A DNA stretch of 61,875 nt, the filler included, from Choristocarpus tenellus KU-1152 (Eukaryota; Protista; Phaeophyceae), in the NCBI GenBank assembly GCA_964200185.2. It is 11 parts of 11 records of this genome, joined end to end, with 100 filler letters (N's around TTAATTAATTAA, not from the genome) between each part and the next. Parts side by side here need not be neighbours in the genome. Positions count along the whole stretch, not along the records: positions 20,215 to 25,923 come from CAXNAD020009949.1; positions 26,024 to 29,291 come from CAXNAD020021148.1; positions 29,392 to 35,174 come from CAXNAD020009765.1; positions 35,275 to 39,353 come from CAXNAD020016328.1; 7 more parts are not named here. One strand, 5' to 3'. Of the stretch, positions 23,856-38,221 are shown piece by piece. A program made the translations under genes and the position numbers. The notes under the pieces were generated by a model that saw nothing but the letters and a program-made list of their open reading frames with translations, did not search any database and was not told the DNA's origin. How positions within the stretch are numbered: position 1 is the stretch's first letter; each line of letters starts with the position of its first letter.

Positions 23856-26023
23856 AGTACTACTAATAGTAGTGGTACTACAGGTTGTTAGTAGTAGGAA
23901 TATCTCATACAAAGTAACCCTAAGTAAAATGAAATCAGAATTTATTTTAGCGTCATAATGGTACTTTTTCTAAGATATATTAATTTTGTTATTCGTGTTT
24001 TCTGACATTTTTGAGATTTTTGAGGGTGAACAACCTATGAAAACTATTCATATTTCAAAAATAACGTAAGATATTCTATTATTAAGGATATGAATATCTA
24101 ATAAATTGAAGGCGTCAGGTAAGATTTGGTGGAACAAGAAGTTGAATGTTTACTATTTAGTAGTATCATGAGGGGTACAATTTTGAAACATGGTTGTGCT
24201 CGAAAAATTAGTACCTTACTGTGTTTATGGCTTATTGGGAATCTTACTGATAGAAGACCATCTTAACACATACGTGTCTATCTCAATATGTCAATGTTTG
24301 AAATTGAAAGAGTAAGTGTGATCCACACATTTACTTACATCTTGCATTATTGATGCAGGTATGATGTGGCGTCCTGGAATGTTAAGTTTGTGAGCAGTTA
24401 ATAAATTGTTGCTCCATAGAACAGTAACAACACACCACACAACGTACCTATCAGTCGAACAACAGTCTGATAACTGCCTACATCGCAGGTCTCGACCATT
24501 AAGTGGCCTGTAGAACTCCATTTTCGCCTTGTGGGCCCATGTGCAGGCCTCATCTAATCCACGCTCTCTATCATTTGCCTCCAAATCAAGAAAACATGGT
24601 AACACTTCAACAAAGGGGGAGGTGGAGGAAGACTCGCCCCTCCCCATCATCACCACCCATTGTTGCAGTCTCATTTTATTATTCACAATCTTATTCCTCT
24701 CCAGTCTTACCAGCAGTGCTTGCGCAACAGGCAACATCAAGTAGCTCATCCCTTACGTCCTGCAAAAATACCTCAACTACATCCTCCTGCCATCTAGTTG
24801 TAGAGTTTCCTGAGCCCAAGTGATGTTGTTGTTGTTGGTTGTAAGCTCATTGGCCTTCATCTGGAGGTTGTCCAGTTCCTCTACCAAGTCAGGCTCATAG
24901 TTTCCCTCATCCTCAATATCTGCACTAGGTGGCTTTTTGGCAAGAAGTTATGGCTTAGACTTGAGACCAAATGGCATGATGATGATGTCTTGAGTCACCA
25001 GCAGACCAGTTCTGCTGGCCTCCTCCACAAAGCCTGTGACCATGCTAGCCACCTGGTCCAAGCAAGAGGAACACAAAAGAGTTCAGCCAGTAATTCGTCG
25101 ATATAACAATGTGTATCTTAACAGAGGGCATAGTAGTAGCAGTTGGACAGCAGGTACATGGCACTAACACATTTGTCATACACACGGTAGTACCACAAGA
25201 TGCGCACTTCTAATACGTTATTAAGGATAACCTCTGGGTGCCTTGGTTTCCTAGACTCTTTCGTCACCCTTTCAACTGGTGAGAGGCTGCTTCTGACTCC
25301 TTCTTGCTTGCTCCAATTCGAGCAATGGTCCTCACGCAAATACTGTATTGCTTCACTATGCCGACTTAGTTCTTTGTTTCCAGTTGGCATGTCCAGCACT
25401 TCACCGTTCTGGACCAAAGATATTTGTTTCTGTTGCTAAGCGTTACAAGATGGGTCCTTATGCTTCCCCTTGAACTTTGCCGTACTGGACAAGGCACTGC
25501 CCCCAACCTTGTTCATGCTGTCCCACAAATCTGACCCTGTGGCAGACAGCTGCAACTTGTCGGCAACAAGATGGTGGTTTTCAGTTGGAGGATATGAAGT
25601 CTTTGACACAATGATGGGCTCACCACCACTGGTGGACCTTATCACTCTTCTCCTCTTTGGGGGCGTGACAACCAAAGCACAATCTCCTCATTTCATCCGT
25701 CCCCATCCAGATCCATGGTGCCACAAATTCCGTGAAGAAGTTAGTGTCCACACCTCCAACTATGTGCCCAGTGATGTGTGGTGGTCCCAGTATGACAGCA
25801 GGAATAATAGGACAGCAGACTTTCGCTGCACACGGTATGGTCCAGGTGTGCGGGATGTACACGGGAGGGGCACTGGTTGGGTGTCTATATGTCCATAAAA
25901 CAAGTTCTTACCTCCCTTAATTGNNNNNNNNNNNNNNNNNNNNNNNNNNNNNNNNNNNNNNNNNNNNTTAATTAATTAANNNNNNNNNNNNNNNNNNNNN
26001 NNNNNNNNNNNNNNNNNNNNNNN

Positions 26024-26195
26024 GAGGGAGGGACGGAGGAGGGGGTCTACACCAGGGTGTCCATTTGGGCCCTGACCAGGAAGAGTGCACTTACATTATC
26101 CATCGGACACATGCAACCAAATCACACAAAAAATGCGAAATGGAAAAATGGACCCCAGATAAACAGCCGCCATCCCCTCCCAGATACTTTGAGCC
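26024..26195 (-). mobile_element. MITE family C copy at contig start
   Basis: Ends CCCAGATACTTTGAGCC; homologous to 4702-4872 in reverse orientation. Confidence 0.8.
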
Positions 26196-29100
26196 AACGA
26201 CCACAATATATGGAGTGAGAGTGACCACTTTTTTCTTCTAGGAAGGTGTGAGAGAGACTTTAAGCTAGTTCAAACTGCACGGAGTAGCATAGGTAGTACT
26301 ACGTCATTCATTTGTCCTCTCCACCTTCACACACCTCATTCCTAAATTCCAAACAAAACTAGAAAGGGGTAGGTCCCAAGTGCTCCTCTTTGTTTCGCTA
26401 CGTACCCCTGTCACGACATTGTGGTGGAATTTGGATTAGATCTCGATACCTCAAACTACACTCGCCCAAATCTTTTATGGCATGTTGAGTTCTACATCGA
26501 AATCGCACTATATGCACTACAAGGGCTGATTTTAATCTGGCACATACTTGATATCATTAGGGTTAGGATCGATCAATCTTCTTCGATATTTGCTACAGTC
26601 ACACTCTCTGGGGTAACGTGATAACCGATCTCTATGTTGTTGGTAAGAACTCACGGGGCATCGCTTGAAGTGCGATAAGTAGGTTGCTTAGTTATCGTCA
26701 GCGAAGAGCGAGGAGTAGCTTGTCGCATTGTTCAGTGCACCACTAAATGGCTACTTGTAACAGACTCTTCCTTCAAACTTCAAGTGAACAATTGTGGAAA
26801 CCGTCATATTGGGTCTCTACATTATGGGGGGCGTTTGACATCACTGTTTCCAAACATAGTTGTAAGTACAAACTTGTCGACCATCTTAAGGAGAATTGCA
26901 GGGTATCAGGAGGGTGATGGCGTCCACTATGGGCTTTGGTGAGCGAGCTAAGAGTTAGTTTATCACACTGTTACCTTGTACACGGTTGAAACCCTTGGCA
27001 TGATACTGATTTAGTCCATTGTTTGAAGGTAACTTTTTCTGCAATAGAGATGCAAGTAGGGGGTGATTCCAGGGTCCGGATGTCCATTCCTCTTGGGGGT
27101 TTTTTCTTTTTGTAGGTCTTCACTTTCCATCTTGCATCTCCTACATTCACAAATGAATCTTCCTCCAAAGATGGTGTAATTCAGTCAGTGCAAATCCTTG
27201 GAATCGATTCGCAGAAAAGCGATGGCATGAACGATTGGATTGCCAACCCACTCGCCCTTACACAAAATTCTCGAATGTCGCATACGGTGGACTAATCCAC
27301 ATTATCGATTTCATCACTACCATCCTCACAGAAGGTACCCCCGTGACGAAGGCGTTGATAATGCTCACCATCGCTCTGTCAACTGCTGTGCATTTGAGAG
27401 ACTCCCACGACAATGTCACTCTCGGTGAGTTAGCCTCAACTGACCTTACTTGTGTTTGTTATCAAATCCTTTGCTCGCTTCAAGGGTGGAAATGCACTAT
27501 TAAAAACAGAAAACCAATGATCACGAGCTAAGAGGATGCGAAAAGTATCTTCACAAGATTTCAAACGCAACTCAGCGTATGACTACCTGAGCAAAACGAC
27601 ACTGCGGACTAACTTTGGAGAGCGATGTGGTATCATTCCCTGCAAAAATCGTTACGATACTTTGCCTAATCCGATAACCAGTGCTATGAAAGGGGTCTGA
27701 CACGCCGTGCAGCCAGACCCAAGTCCTCTGAGGTGACAACTATTTGCAGTTGTTGGAGGTCAGGATTTACTCCATCCTTACGCCACAGATCAGTGGGTTA
27801 GGAACATGAGCAAATGATCTAATCACAAAGCTTCTAAGTCGTGAAAGGTGGCACAGATGATCCGTGGCTACTACTATCTTACCACCGAGTATGTAGAGCT
27901 CGCCTATGGATGTTGGTGAATAGTGCAGAACTCTTGATAGTTGAAGAGCTCCCATGTGGAACATAGTCAAATCGATCAAAAATATGAGCTAGATGCCAAT
28001 CCAGATGTGTAAATAAAAACTACATCATATAAACTAAAATGTGGGAATTGTGGCTGAACGATATGAGTTTAGTTGTTTATTATCTCCAGGATGCGATTCC
28101 AGCTGGGCTACTCGTGATATTTTTTGTGTATCATCAAAACCTCTACTTCTACTGAAAGATTTTGATCTGTGGTCATAGGGAAAACATTTACAGCTGTGAG
28201 TCATGGCATGGATCATCTTTGGTTGGTATGATGATTGGCCTACAGGAGTAATCTCATATTTGAGTAGCCTATCCTTTTAACTATGAAGGGTACACCTCAG
28301 TTACTGCTTGAGAGAGCCTCCAATCCTCCTGTGCAGTTCCAGTCATGTGTTTAAGAATCGACTAGAGATTCAGGGAGAATGATTTCCGTTGACTACGCCT
28401 TTCAAGGTCAACAAGACCTTTGTTCTGCTCGGTGAAATATCACTCCATGCCCAAGCAAGTCCAGTGAACGCAAAACCTTGATAGCAATCGACACAGTTTG
28501 CCTGCAATTGTTAGTGTGGTGTTGGTGACTAGGGCACCGCTACACATGCATGGCATCATGTAGGCATGTATTCGATACTCGCTGCCCATGATCTCTCACT
28601 GGGGGGGACTTATCCAAGGTATTTCACTGCCTGATAGTACTTTTGATGATAGATACTCCATTTTCTAGGAGTTACTGCTTACAACGGTGCAACCACCTGG
28701 GTACCAAATGTAACCGATAAACCTCTGGGCTGATGATTTTGAGGTCAAATCAGGGGATTTCTGCCAACCAGATATTGGTTGCTTCGAAGGATCGGTATGC
28801 CGTTGTAAGTTTTACCACCTACATCAATGTTCACACAATCTTTGACTTCTTTCGCAGTAGCTAGTTGTACCATTCCGCTGATGCTGGAGATTTTATATCT
28901 GTTACCCTGGTAACCACAGCTCTGCACCACGGTGTAGACGGTAGGTACCCCCTGTATTGACATCCGTTTCGGTGATCAGGTCCTCCGTGTTGGAGGAAAG
29001 GTTTGTACTAGTGTAGGGGTGTGAGTTGGCCTTAACTACTGCGGATGAGTTGGATCCATGACCTGTTGCTGAGTATCTCTGGTTGATTGTTATTGGTGTG

Positions 29101-30166
29101 CTGCCATAAAATATTGTGTAGTGTATAATATGCATTCCTGATATCTCATCAAATAGATTCATTAGACACTTACATGTACTTCTAAGTAGGATGTGGCATG
29201 GCAGGGTGTTACCACAACCTTATAGTTGCACTCCCCCCCCCCTACCTCCCGCACTCCTTCTGACAGACCTTTGGTGTGTTCTTGCTAAGGGNNNNNNNNN
29301 NNNNNNNNNNNNNNNNNNNNNNNNNNNNNNNNNNNTTAATTAATTAANNNNNNNNNNNNNNNNNNNNNNNNNNNNNNNNNNNNNNNNNNNNCCCCCCACC
29401 TTGACCCCCGACTGCAGGGACGTTGCCATTCCCAACCTCCGTCCCAGTCCTGCTGCTTTCCTTCTTGAGATAATTTCTTTGCTGTGAGAACTCTGGAGTA
29501 TTAAGCCTGCTCCAAACAATAGGATATAACATGGAAACTCACAGATTTGATGCACACGAAAAAAATTAAGGGGGGAGGGAGGGAAGGCGAGGGGATGTAG
29601 AGACTGCTTTCTTACCTTCCACGAGACAAAGCACAAGCTTTTAATAAAAGAGTCAGATCAGCACGTGTGAGACCACCGTCCCCTTGATACACTATTATGA
29701 TATTTCTGCATTTTGGAATAAAAAAAACTCCTAGAATATACTTCTACCAAGGGGAACACGCTATCCCCCTATAGAAAGCTCCAAGGAAACAGGAAAGCAT
29801 GAGGACTGTGGGTCGTCCTATATACTACAAGCTGTTCGGGGGATCCCCTAGTGGATAAAATGTCATGTACACAGATATATCCTGGTGGGGCTATACACAT
29901 GACATTACTCAGTGCACTACCAAAAAAAATACTTCGCAGGGAATACAGCCTGGCATGCTGTTGATATTTACTCAATCTCTACCATAGAACCATCAAAATA
30001 TCTCAAGGACATCAAGGACAGCGTGAGTCGAAACTGAGGTGGAAGACATGCATTTTCGATTGTCCAGGCATATCATTGACCTCACAAGGGATAAACACCG
30101 ACAAAGTATCATTTCAAGTCCGTCTACAAGGGCATGGGAGCAGGTGCAGAGTCTCAGAGGACTCAC

Positions 30167-33100
30167 CCAATATCGGCTCCCTCCTCCTGCTGAAGGCAAA
30201 AAGCCTCAGCATTGATGGTGCGTATGGTATCAATAAAGAGCTGCTCTTCAGAAAGCTAGGTAAGTACAACAGAAGACACGAGTCGACAAAATATCAAAAA
30301 AAAGCACAATCGGAACAAAGAGAGTTTAAATCGCTTTGCATCCCCAGGTTGCAGGCAACTTCTTTTTTTTTTGTCCAACAAGGCATTGATTGGGCAGCTC
30401 TTAGGGGAGACCGTAAACAACTGCAGAGTAGTGCCAAGTAACGTAGTGGAACGGTCTTGTAGTTCAAGTTATTGACAATATCAAACACCTGCATACTTGT
30501 GTGTGAGATCAAGTCTCGCCTGAGACGAAGTTTTTTTTCCATTTCATGTAAGTTTTGTTTCGGTGGTCCACACGGCTAACTCTACCACCTCGAACACCTC
30601 TGGCACAGACTACTGTACATATTTGTTGAGTGCAAACGAACATAGGGTTAGGGATGCAGCAGGACACAATAAGGAAGAGCGATAGGTTCATCATGGAGCA
30701 ATGTCACAGGGCAAACAAACACCACAAATTAGATCGTGGGAAGAGTGCTGTAGGACGTTGGAGGTTGCACAAGAAAGTACAAAATGACGCCTACCTATCA
30801 CAATCAAACCCCAAAACCCCACAGACACAGCACAATGCAAGCGAGATACTTGAGGGGCATAAACTGCAGCAACCTTCCTAAATGAATCCAAGTCTTCTCT
30901 CACAGAGCAGTACCTGGGGGGTAATCAATGCGGGCTCCCCCAACCCCTCTATATCCTTGAAGAGCTTTTCCATCTCCACCAGCATGTTGATCAGATTAGG
31001 ATACAAAACAAAGGACTCCAGGTTGGCCACATTCTTCATGAAGTGCTCACGGGTCAGGAACCTGTCGCATGTAAAAATATAATAAAAATGCACTAGTAAA
31101 AAAATAATAATTCAAATCCAATTCAAATCAACACAAACGCCATGCATACATACATACATACATACATACATTCATTCATACTGCTGTGGAAGGAAGGCAG
31201 AGTTACTGAATCGAGGTAAAGATCAGGTACTAACATGCAGTACATTTTTTTTCCAATTGTAAGGACAAAAATCCCTTTCTTTTTAATGCACCGAAAGGCC
31301 CTTTATTGCCACGCCAAGGTTAATGTTCAAATGTAACACGACATCATCATACAATGAAATGTGACGTCATCACGCTGCATAGCCCAACATCACCGCACAG
31401 CAGTCAACAAACAACAATAGCAACACGCAAGAAGATGCAACTCCCCTCCTGCGAATAGTATAAACCCCACACCTACATACATACATACATACATACATAC
31501 ATACATACATACATACATAAATACATACATACATACATACATAAATACATACATACGTACATACATACGTACATACATACATAGCACACATAAACAGGTT
31601 CACTGAACAAACCGCAACCCGAACGCATTCACGCACGCTCGACAAACAAACAAACAAACAAACAAAAACTTTTGCACAACAAAACTCAAACGCACGTTCT
31701 CTCACTCACCCTGTGATCTTGTCGTGCTTCTTGAGAATCTTGCTCAACCCGCAGTAGTTCATGATGGCATAGTTCTCCAGCAGAAGCAAGTCCCTGTACA
31801 GCATCACACAAGCCTCCATGGTCCTCCTGTGAGGATTGCCATCAATGATTCTACCTACAATAGTCAGCTGACGCCAAGCCTCCCTCACTCGTTCTCGTCG
31901 CACGATACACTAATTTTTTATTTTTTTATTTTTTGTGCGAGCAGACATCAAAACAGCAAAACATGTTTGGATGCAGCAGCGGCAGCAACAAGGCAAGAAA
32001 TATTATTGGAATAGGACCAACGATAGCCGCATGCATCCTGGGAGGATTGAGATGCTAAGGCTCCGTAACTTGCACACTATATTGTTCAGGACTCTGTTGG
32101 CTCGTTTCGTCTTAGGAGGATCAAGGTCGCAGTCGAGACCTTTGCGGTTGCTCGAGCGTGTGCATGTTACCGTCCGTACGCAATTCGCCTTGAAACTTCC
32201 TCACAGCGATCGGAGCATCAAAATCAATCAATTACAAAAAAAAAAAAAAAAAAAATCAAGCCGATCTTAACTCGTACTGACAGTAATTATCCTTACCATT
32301 CGCAACTGGTAACTACTGTAAGTACTACTGAATTACTACTGCACTGTACCAGCCTATCTTTCAACTGAACTCAAGGAAAACCTTTTCTTGAGAATAGGTG
32401 GGTGTACCATCACGACTGGGACTGGTACAGTAGTTATCCAGTGCTGAGCAGGAAACAGAACAGTTTCTTGACATTCAATATTGAGCGATGACAACAGGTT
32501 GAAGGTTGACAGGCCACACAGAAACATGTAGCACCTTCGGGGTCAAATACTGCAACAAGATTCTAACTTCTTCAGACTCTTTCATGTTATTTCTAGAAAA
32601 GGATGCTGATGTCACTTTGTCAGAACAACTGCACCACCAAAAGCAACCTACAGAGTACTTACTCATTCCGAGCAATCGGGGGTGTAATATAGGGTATCCA
32701 GATACAATGGGATGCTAATTTCTCGACATATCAGAAATGGTCACGATCCCCTTCTGAGGAGATTAGAAGATCAGCTTGTATGGTCATACAAGGTTTATCA
32801 GCGAGGTATACGCAAAGCCCTTCATACCGTCAGTCTTCTTCTCTTAAAGTCATACCCATTGGATGACTAGACTGCAACCCAACTTGGGTTTCAATACTAC
32901 ATTTAGATAACAGATAGCACCGTGCCGGTCCACTGGTCCATTTTTTAGTCGCAGACTTGCTTTGAACTTAAAAATAGTTGTGTCCGTTCATCCCGCTTTG
33001 GGGAAAATAGGTCTTGACCACTTACAATCACTTCCTCCCACTAGAAACGGGACTTAAATCCTTGCATGTTATGCTGACTCGCCACACACTCAAATTTCAA

Positions 33101-34131
33101 AATAGGGATGTCCACACCTACTGTGGTAGATAGCATTTTCCAGTTCGTATAGCAAAGAACTAGGAAAGAAGTTTGTCAGGTCCTTTGGTCGCCCACCTTT
33201 CTCTCACCTGAGCCTCCACACTGGTGAAGAACTTGGAGCACTTCCTCAGCTCACTTTTTAGCACTGTCAATATGCAACACATCGACACCAGAGGGGAAGC
33301 GATTACTTCGATGCATAATGCTCCCTTCCGTTGGCACTCCAATAAAGGATACACAGGCATGACAAAAAAGCACGACATCGATCTAACGACAACTGTCTCA
33401 GCCGTCTAAGTGAACTCTGAGAACTGAAGGCAGACCAAAATAAGCAGACATCTACACTAACAAAGTGAAGACAGCTCTTACGGGAACCATGAGAATACTA
33501 AGCCTAAGATAAACGCTAAGTGGATCGGCTCTCATTGTCTTCCTGTGTATGGACGTTGAGGGGCTATCCATCCACCAACATAGTCAGGTGGTGGTGCTCA
33601 ACGAGGTCACGTAGGCGAAAACAACTGGGTACGGACTGGCGGTCAACCCGATAGACATGATCCTATACTGATCCTTATTTTTCTCATTTTCCATCTCTCC
33701 ATTCATCACCTCTATACTATTCCACCCTCCTTCCCTCCCTCTGACCCCTTCCACAATTGCACCAATCAGGAATCGTAGTAATACTTAACACTTGTAGAAA
33801 GCCACCTCCCCATTTGACTGAGCAATTGCCTCCGGGACAGTCCTGGTGACCACGGTATCGACCCCATTATTCTGGTTTGTGGACTCCAGAGCCTGAGGAG
33901 ACGAAGTTGTTTGGGGGGGGAATGCTAGAAACTCCTGAAATTGAGGCTGGGGACATTGCTCAAGTCCAGCAATGTAGAACCGCAAAAATATTGGGATACT
34001 TGAATTATAAGACTCGTAAATTGGTCCCTCACCTTTATCTTTTTCTTAAGGAACTTGTAGTTTATCCAGAAAGGCGCCCACTCAGGATCAGATAGCTCTA
34101 CCACCCTCGCGAGATTCTTACCAAACTTCAT
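30167..34131 (-). CDS. SPX-domain protein (phosphate / inositol-pyrophosphate sensor), spliced
   Basis: Phase-consistent exons 34131-34033, 33892-33790, 33263-33208, 31909-31710, 31061-30914, 30255-30167. Motifs MKFGK..PEWAPFWINYKFLKKKIK, EVAFYKLLKSELRKCSKFF, LLLLENYAIMNYCGLSKILKKHDKITG. Last exon uncertain (possibly 30033-30012). Confidence 0.95.
31474..31580. repeat. (TACA)n microsatellite in SPX intron
   Basis: Direct inspection; shorter run at ~31145-31180. Confidence 0.95.
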
Positions 34132-34379
34132 ATCCCAAGTCTAAAATCGTCCCCGGCCTCAACCTCTTCGCTCTTTTCACCTCTTGATAACCTCAACCAC
34201 ACCAACAACCTCAACAGCCTCCTTCTGCCAGTCTCCCTTCAACACATAACTCGAAACACAGCGAGTTCACAACAAGATTTCACAATATAAGCGTTCTCCC
34301 CATGTAAGAAGGTTGGTGTAAAGGAGTACCTTAAAGTTGGTTGTAGAGGAGGTTCGAAGTCAGTCAACATTATTGTACT

Positions 34380-34892
34380 CTTTGATATGTTTGAGGAAAA
34401 GCCAACCGAACATCATAAGAACCCCCGAAAAATTTATAGTCATAAATGTGAAGGTCTCTAAAATATACTTACTTTTGACTATCAAGTATATTACACCAAA
34501 CCAGCTATATTACATCACTCCCCTCCTATGCCTCCAACCTAGCTTACCCCTACACCACAAAACGACGAGCTAGGGAAGCATCCCAAGAATCTTACAGGCC
34601 CCCTCCTTGCCATATCAGAAAAAAAAACTAAAAAACAGTTGTGGTAAATGTGAAAGGCGTTCATCTATTTACTATTTTACCAACAACTATGGTACACCAC
34701 TGCCTCCCTGTGGCTCCAACCTATCTAGTCCTGCACCCCAGGTTGAGTAGCTAGGGAAGCATCCCAAGATTCTAAGAAGCCCCTCCTTGCCCATCTCCCT
34801 GGTATCTCCAGCTTGAAAAGTATGACACGTGTAGATAGGGCTACGTGCGTTGTGACACACCTACAAAATGTCAGAGGGCATAAAAATAAAAA
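34380..34892 (-). mobile_element. Cluster of CRE-like LINE 3' ends (two tandem minus copies plus an inverted tail)
   Basis: agctagggaagcatcccaaga at ~34568 and ~34749 is the reverse complement of the 8502-8525 motif; a plus-oriented tail tgacacacctacaaaatgtcagagggcataaaaat lies at 34853-34890. Confidence 0.75.
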
Positions 34893-36047
34893 TATTACCG
34901 AGTTAGTTGGAGAAACTCCAAAGTTTCTATCCTGTTTTTCATCATTGGTCTATTTTTCAAAGAAGAATCTGAAACGGAGGGTCGGTCAGTAGTAGTGGTT
35001 GGTGTTAGAGCTTTTCCTCAACTACCAAACAACGACCAACTTGAGACTTTGGGAAACACAAGGATAGTAAGTATTTTATCATTATGTAGAAGGATAGTAT
35101 TGTGGATCGTGTGATTCTGTGGCGGCGTGGTTCACTCAGGCAAGGGTGGCGAAGAGAATCACCGGGCAAGACGGNNNNNNNNNNNNNNNNNNNNNNNNNN
35201 NNNNNNNNNNNNNNNNNNTTAATTAATTAANNNNNNNNNNNNNNNNNNNNNNNNNNNNNNNNNNNNNNNNNNNNCCCCCCCAGACACTTTGAGGCTCACA
35301 AAGAAGTTGCCGGCTAACTGCGACATATAAACCATTATATCGGTGTACATCTTACTTTTCGAACCACTTCCCATTCCCCCTCTCAATCTTATCAATATTG
35401 ATCTTTGCATCAATTTCACCATTATTTAAAACATTGATCAATATACACCAATAATAGGGGAAATCAATACTACAAAATATTAGTTGCCTATTGCTTGACA
35501 TTGTGGTGACATGGTACTAGTCACCCTCTTCTGACTGTTTGCCAGCTGTAAGGTCATGAGACGTGGACAATGGAGGGTGGGGAAATCAATTCGAAGGGTG
35601 AGATTAACAACGGTGTGGAGCATTCACTCCTCTATGGAAATGAGTGCATTCAACCAAGTATTGGTCATGTCAAGATCATATGACTTAACAAAGAAATGGT
35701 TGTGGCAGGATCACCGCCCTCACTTTTCCTTGACAAAGCAGCCTAATTTTCGAGAAGGATAGTAATTCTAGGTCGTCATTACTTAATGTGAAAAATTGCA
35801 ACACCTCAACTCTCTAATCCAAACATTATTAGTCCACCAATCGCTCAGTATTCCCTAACTAGGAAACACTCTAGAACATAATCTAATAGCTTAGAACCAA
35901 ACGCTAAAACTGGGAGTATAAGCTTATATATAGGACTATCAAGTGCACGACAGTAACAACTTGCTATGTTAGCTATTTCGAAAGAACTTCCAAGTTAAAA
36001 CAAGTACGCACTCCTTGCATCTATTATATGTAACGTTATCTTATCCC

Positions 36048-36165
36048 ACACACTTAAAACACACACACACACACACACATTAGTTGTACACACACATACA
36101 TTAGTTGTACACACACACACATTAGTTGTACACACACACACATTAGTTGTACACACACACACACT
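36048..36165. repeat. CA-rich ~21-bp tandem repeat
   Basis: (cacacacacacattagttgta) x4 within CA runs. Confidence 0.9.
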
Positions 36166-36840
36166 GCATACTCGAATCAATAGCCTTCAACCCCCATATG
36201 TCAACCTACTCCAACTCCTGACGGAAGAGCTTTGAGCTCGCTCCAATTACCAATGCAGAAGCAGGTTTGACATCCCATTTGTAGAGGGGCAACAGGGGCT
36301 ACAGAGCGGCTACAGAGCGGACAGAGTATATGCACGTACTAGAGGTATAGGAGGGAGTTTGCACTCCTGGTGTCATAACCCTGATGTTGGCATGCAGGCT
36401 AAGATATGCATCAAGTGCAAATAACATTATCGTAAAGGGTGCAAGCCAACTGACTGGATCTAGTACCCTAGTGAGTCAAAGCAAACAAGAGGTAACCCAG
36501 AGTCGCTTTCCAAGGGTGCTGGACATGATGTATGTGCAAAATGCAACTTTTTTTTTACAGATGCATGTAGGAAATCTTCCGAATTCTGTTGAAAATTCTT
36601 CAACAATTAAAGAAATTAAATGCTCTCAGGCCGAACTCAGCGCTTCTTCATCCATAAAAATAATAGAAAAAAATATGAATGAATTGCAAAAGACTGAAAA
36701 AAATACACAAAAAAAAAAAAAAAAAACGCCCGAAATCTGGATACCTCTCGTTTACTTTGACTCATGGTGCCAAAAAATAAAATAAAAATAAAAAATATAT
36801 ATATATATATATTCCCAGTTCTGTTGCAAAGTAAAAAGAT

Positions 36841-38221
36841 CTAGGTGTTGGTCGATCTCTCAGTGTCCGTCCAAAAGACATGTCGGGACCGATGAAGATA
36901 TCTTTCTCCTGGATGAAGGAGAACAGTTCGGCACCATTCCTCATGGTTGACGGCATCTGGGAAATGTTGGGTCTCCAGGCAGACAGCATTGTGTCGGGTG
37001 TGAGGAGCATCAGCAGGGTCTGTGGAGATAGTACAGTGTACAAAGGTGCACACAGGTAGGGAGGGTGGTTGAATTTGTAGGTTCAATTTCGGGCGAGTCA
37101 GAGTTTTTTTTTTTTTTTTTTATGTATATATGTACTGATAATTTTTTGATAGGATCTATACATCAAAATCACNNNNNNNNNNGTGGTTGAATTTGTAGGT
37201 TCAATTTCGGGCGAGTCAGAGTTTTTTTTTTTTTCTTCTATGTATGTATGTCCTGATCATTTCTTGAGACGATCTATACATCACAATCCCCCCCCAAAAT
37301 TGAAATTTCTTGGCAAAGAAAAAAAAAGGGGGAGAAAAAAAAAAGAGATATCGGAGAAGTCACGTAACTTTGCGAGCCACTTCTGCCGTCAGAAAAATAA
37401 ATAAATAAATATATATATATATATGACGGGATGGTAATGGAAACGCCTGCAACAATCCCTTTTGTGTGTATTGGCAATGCTGCCGGGATCAAAAACATCA
37501 GAGCAAAAAAAATATTGACCTTGAAGGGGAAACAAGTACGTCTCATTTGCTCCATGCCACAGCATACATCAGCCTATCTATATCTATATCTATATATATA
37601 AATAGCCAGCAGGAGTGACTAGTGTCCCACAAAAAAAAGAAAGAAGTATTCCTTCAAGGTATAGTGGATGAAAAGGAGTGTTTTGGATCTACCTCTCCCC
37701 GCTAACCATACCATTGATGTTTTGGATCTAACACTGTTTTTCACTCCGAAAAAGGACTTCATCCCTCCAGTGTACTTACGCATTTCAAATCCGACACGTG
37801 CAACTAAATCACACCAAAAAAGTGAAAATCGAAAAAAGGGTGAAAAACGGACGCCGCTCCCCCCCCCCCCACCCCCCGCCCCCCCCCCATATACTTTGAC
37901 ACAAATGCTTCAGAATATAATATGCTACTCCCAGTAAAAAAAATCGGCATGAATCTCACCATTCGACACCATTAGTAGTAGTAACGGTCCCTTGACAAAC
38001 GGCCATTGGCCATGCAAAAAAGAGAGGGGCAAAAAAAAAAAAAACTCACCAGGGGACAAGAAGTTTGCAGTATACACCTGCAACGCCGGCTGGGACCCGA
38101 ACAGCTCCATGACCCTGCCACTCTGGGGGTCTGACAAGCGAGCCATGAGAGGGAGCCTGGACCACACCGACGATGATGTACCAGACGACGATGGAAACGC
38201 CTCACTGATCTCATGGAAATC
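36841..38221 (-). CDS. GALM: Aldose 1-epimerase (galactose mutarotase), last two exons
   Basis: Exons 38221-38050 and 37019-36841 join in phase 1: ARLSDPQSGRVMELFGSQPALQVYTANFL..HNAVCLETQHFPDAVNH..VLLHPGERYLHRSRHVF, including the catalytic Glu motif CLETQ. Confidence 0.93.

Noticed and set aside
37064-37290. ~100-bp direct duplication
   Set aside because: Flanks a 10-N scaffold gap; likely allelic or overlap assembly artefact.
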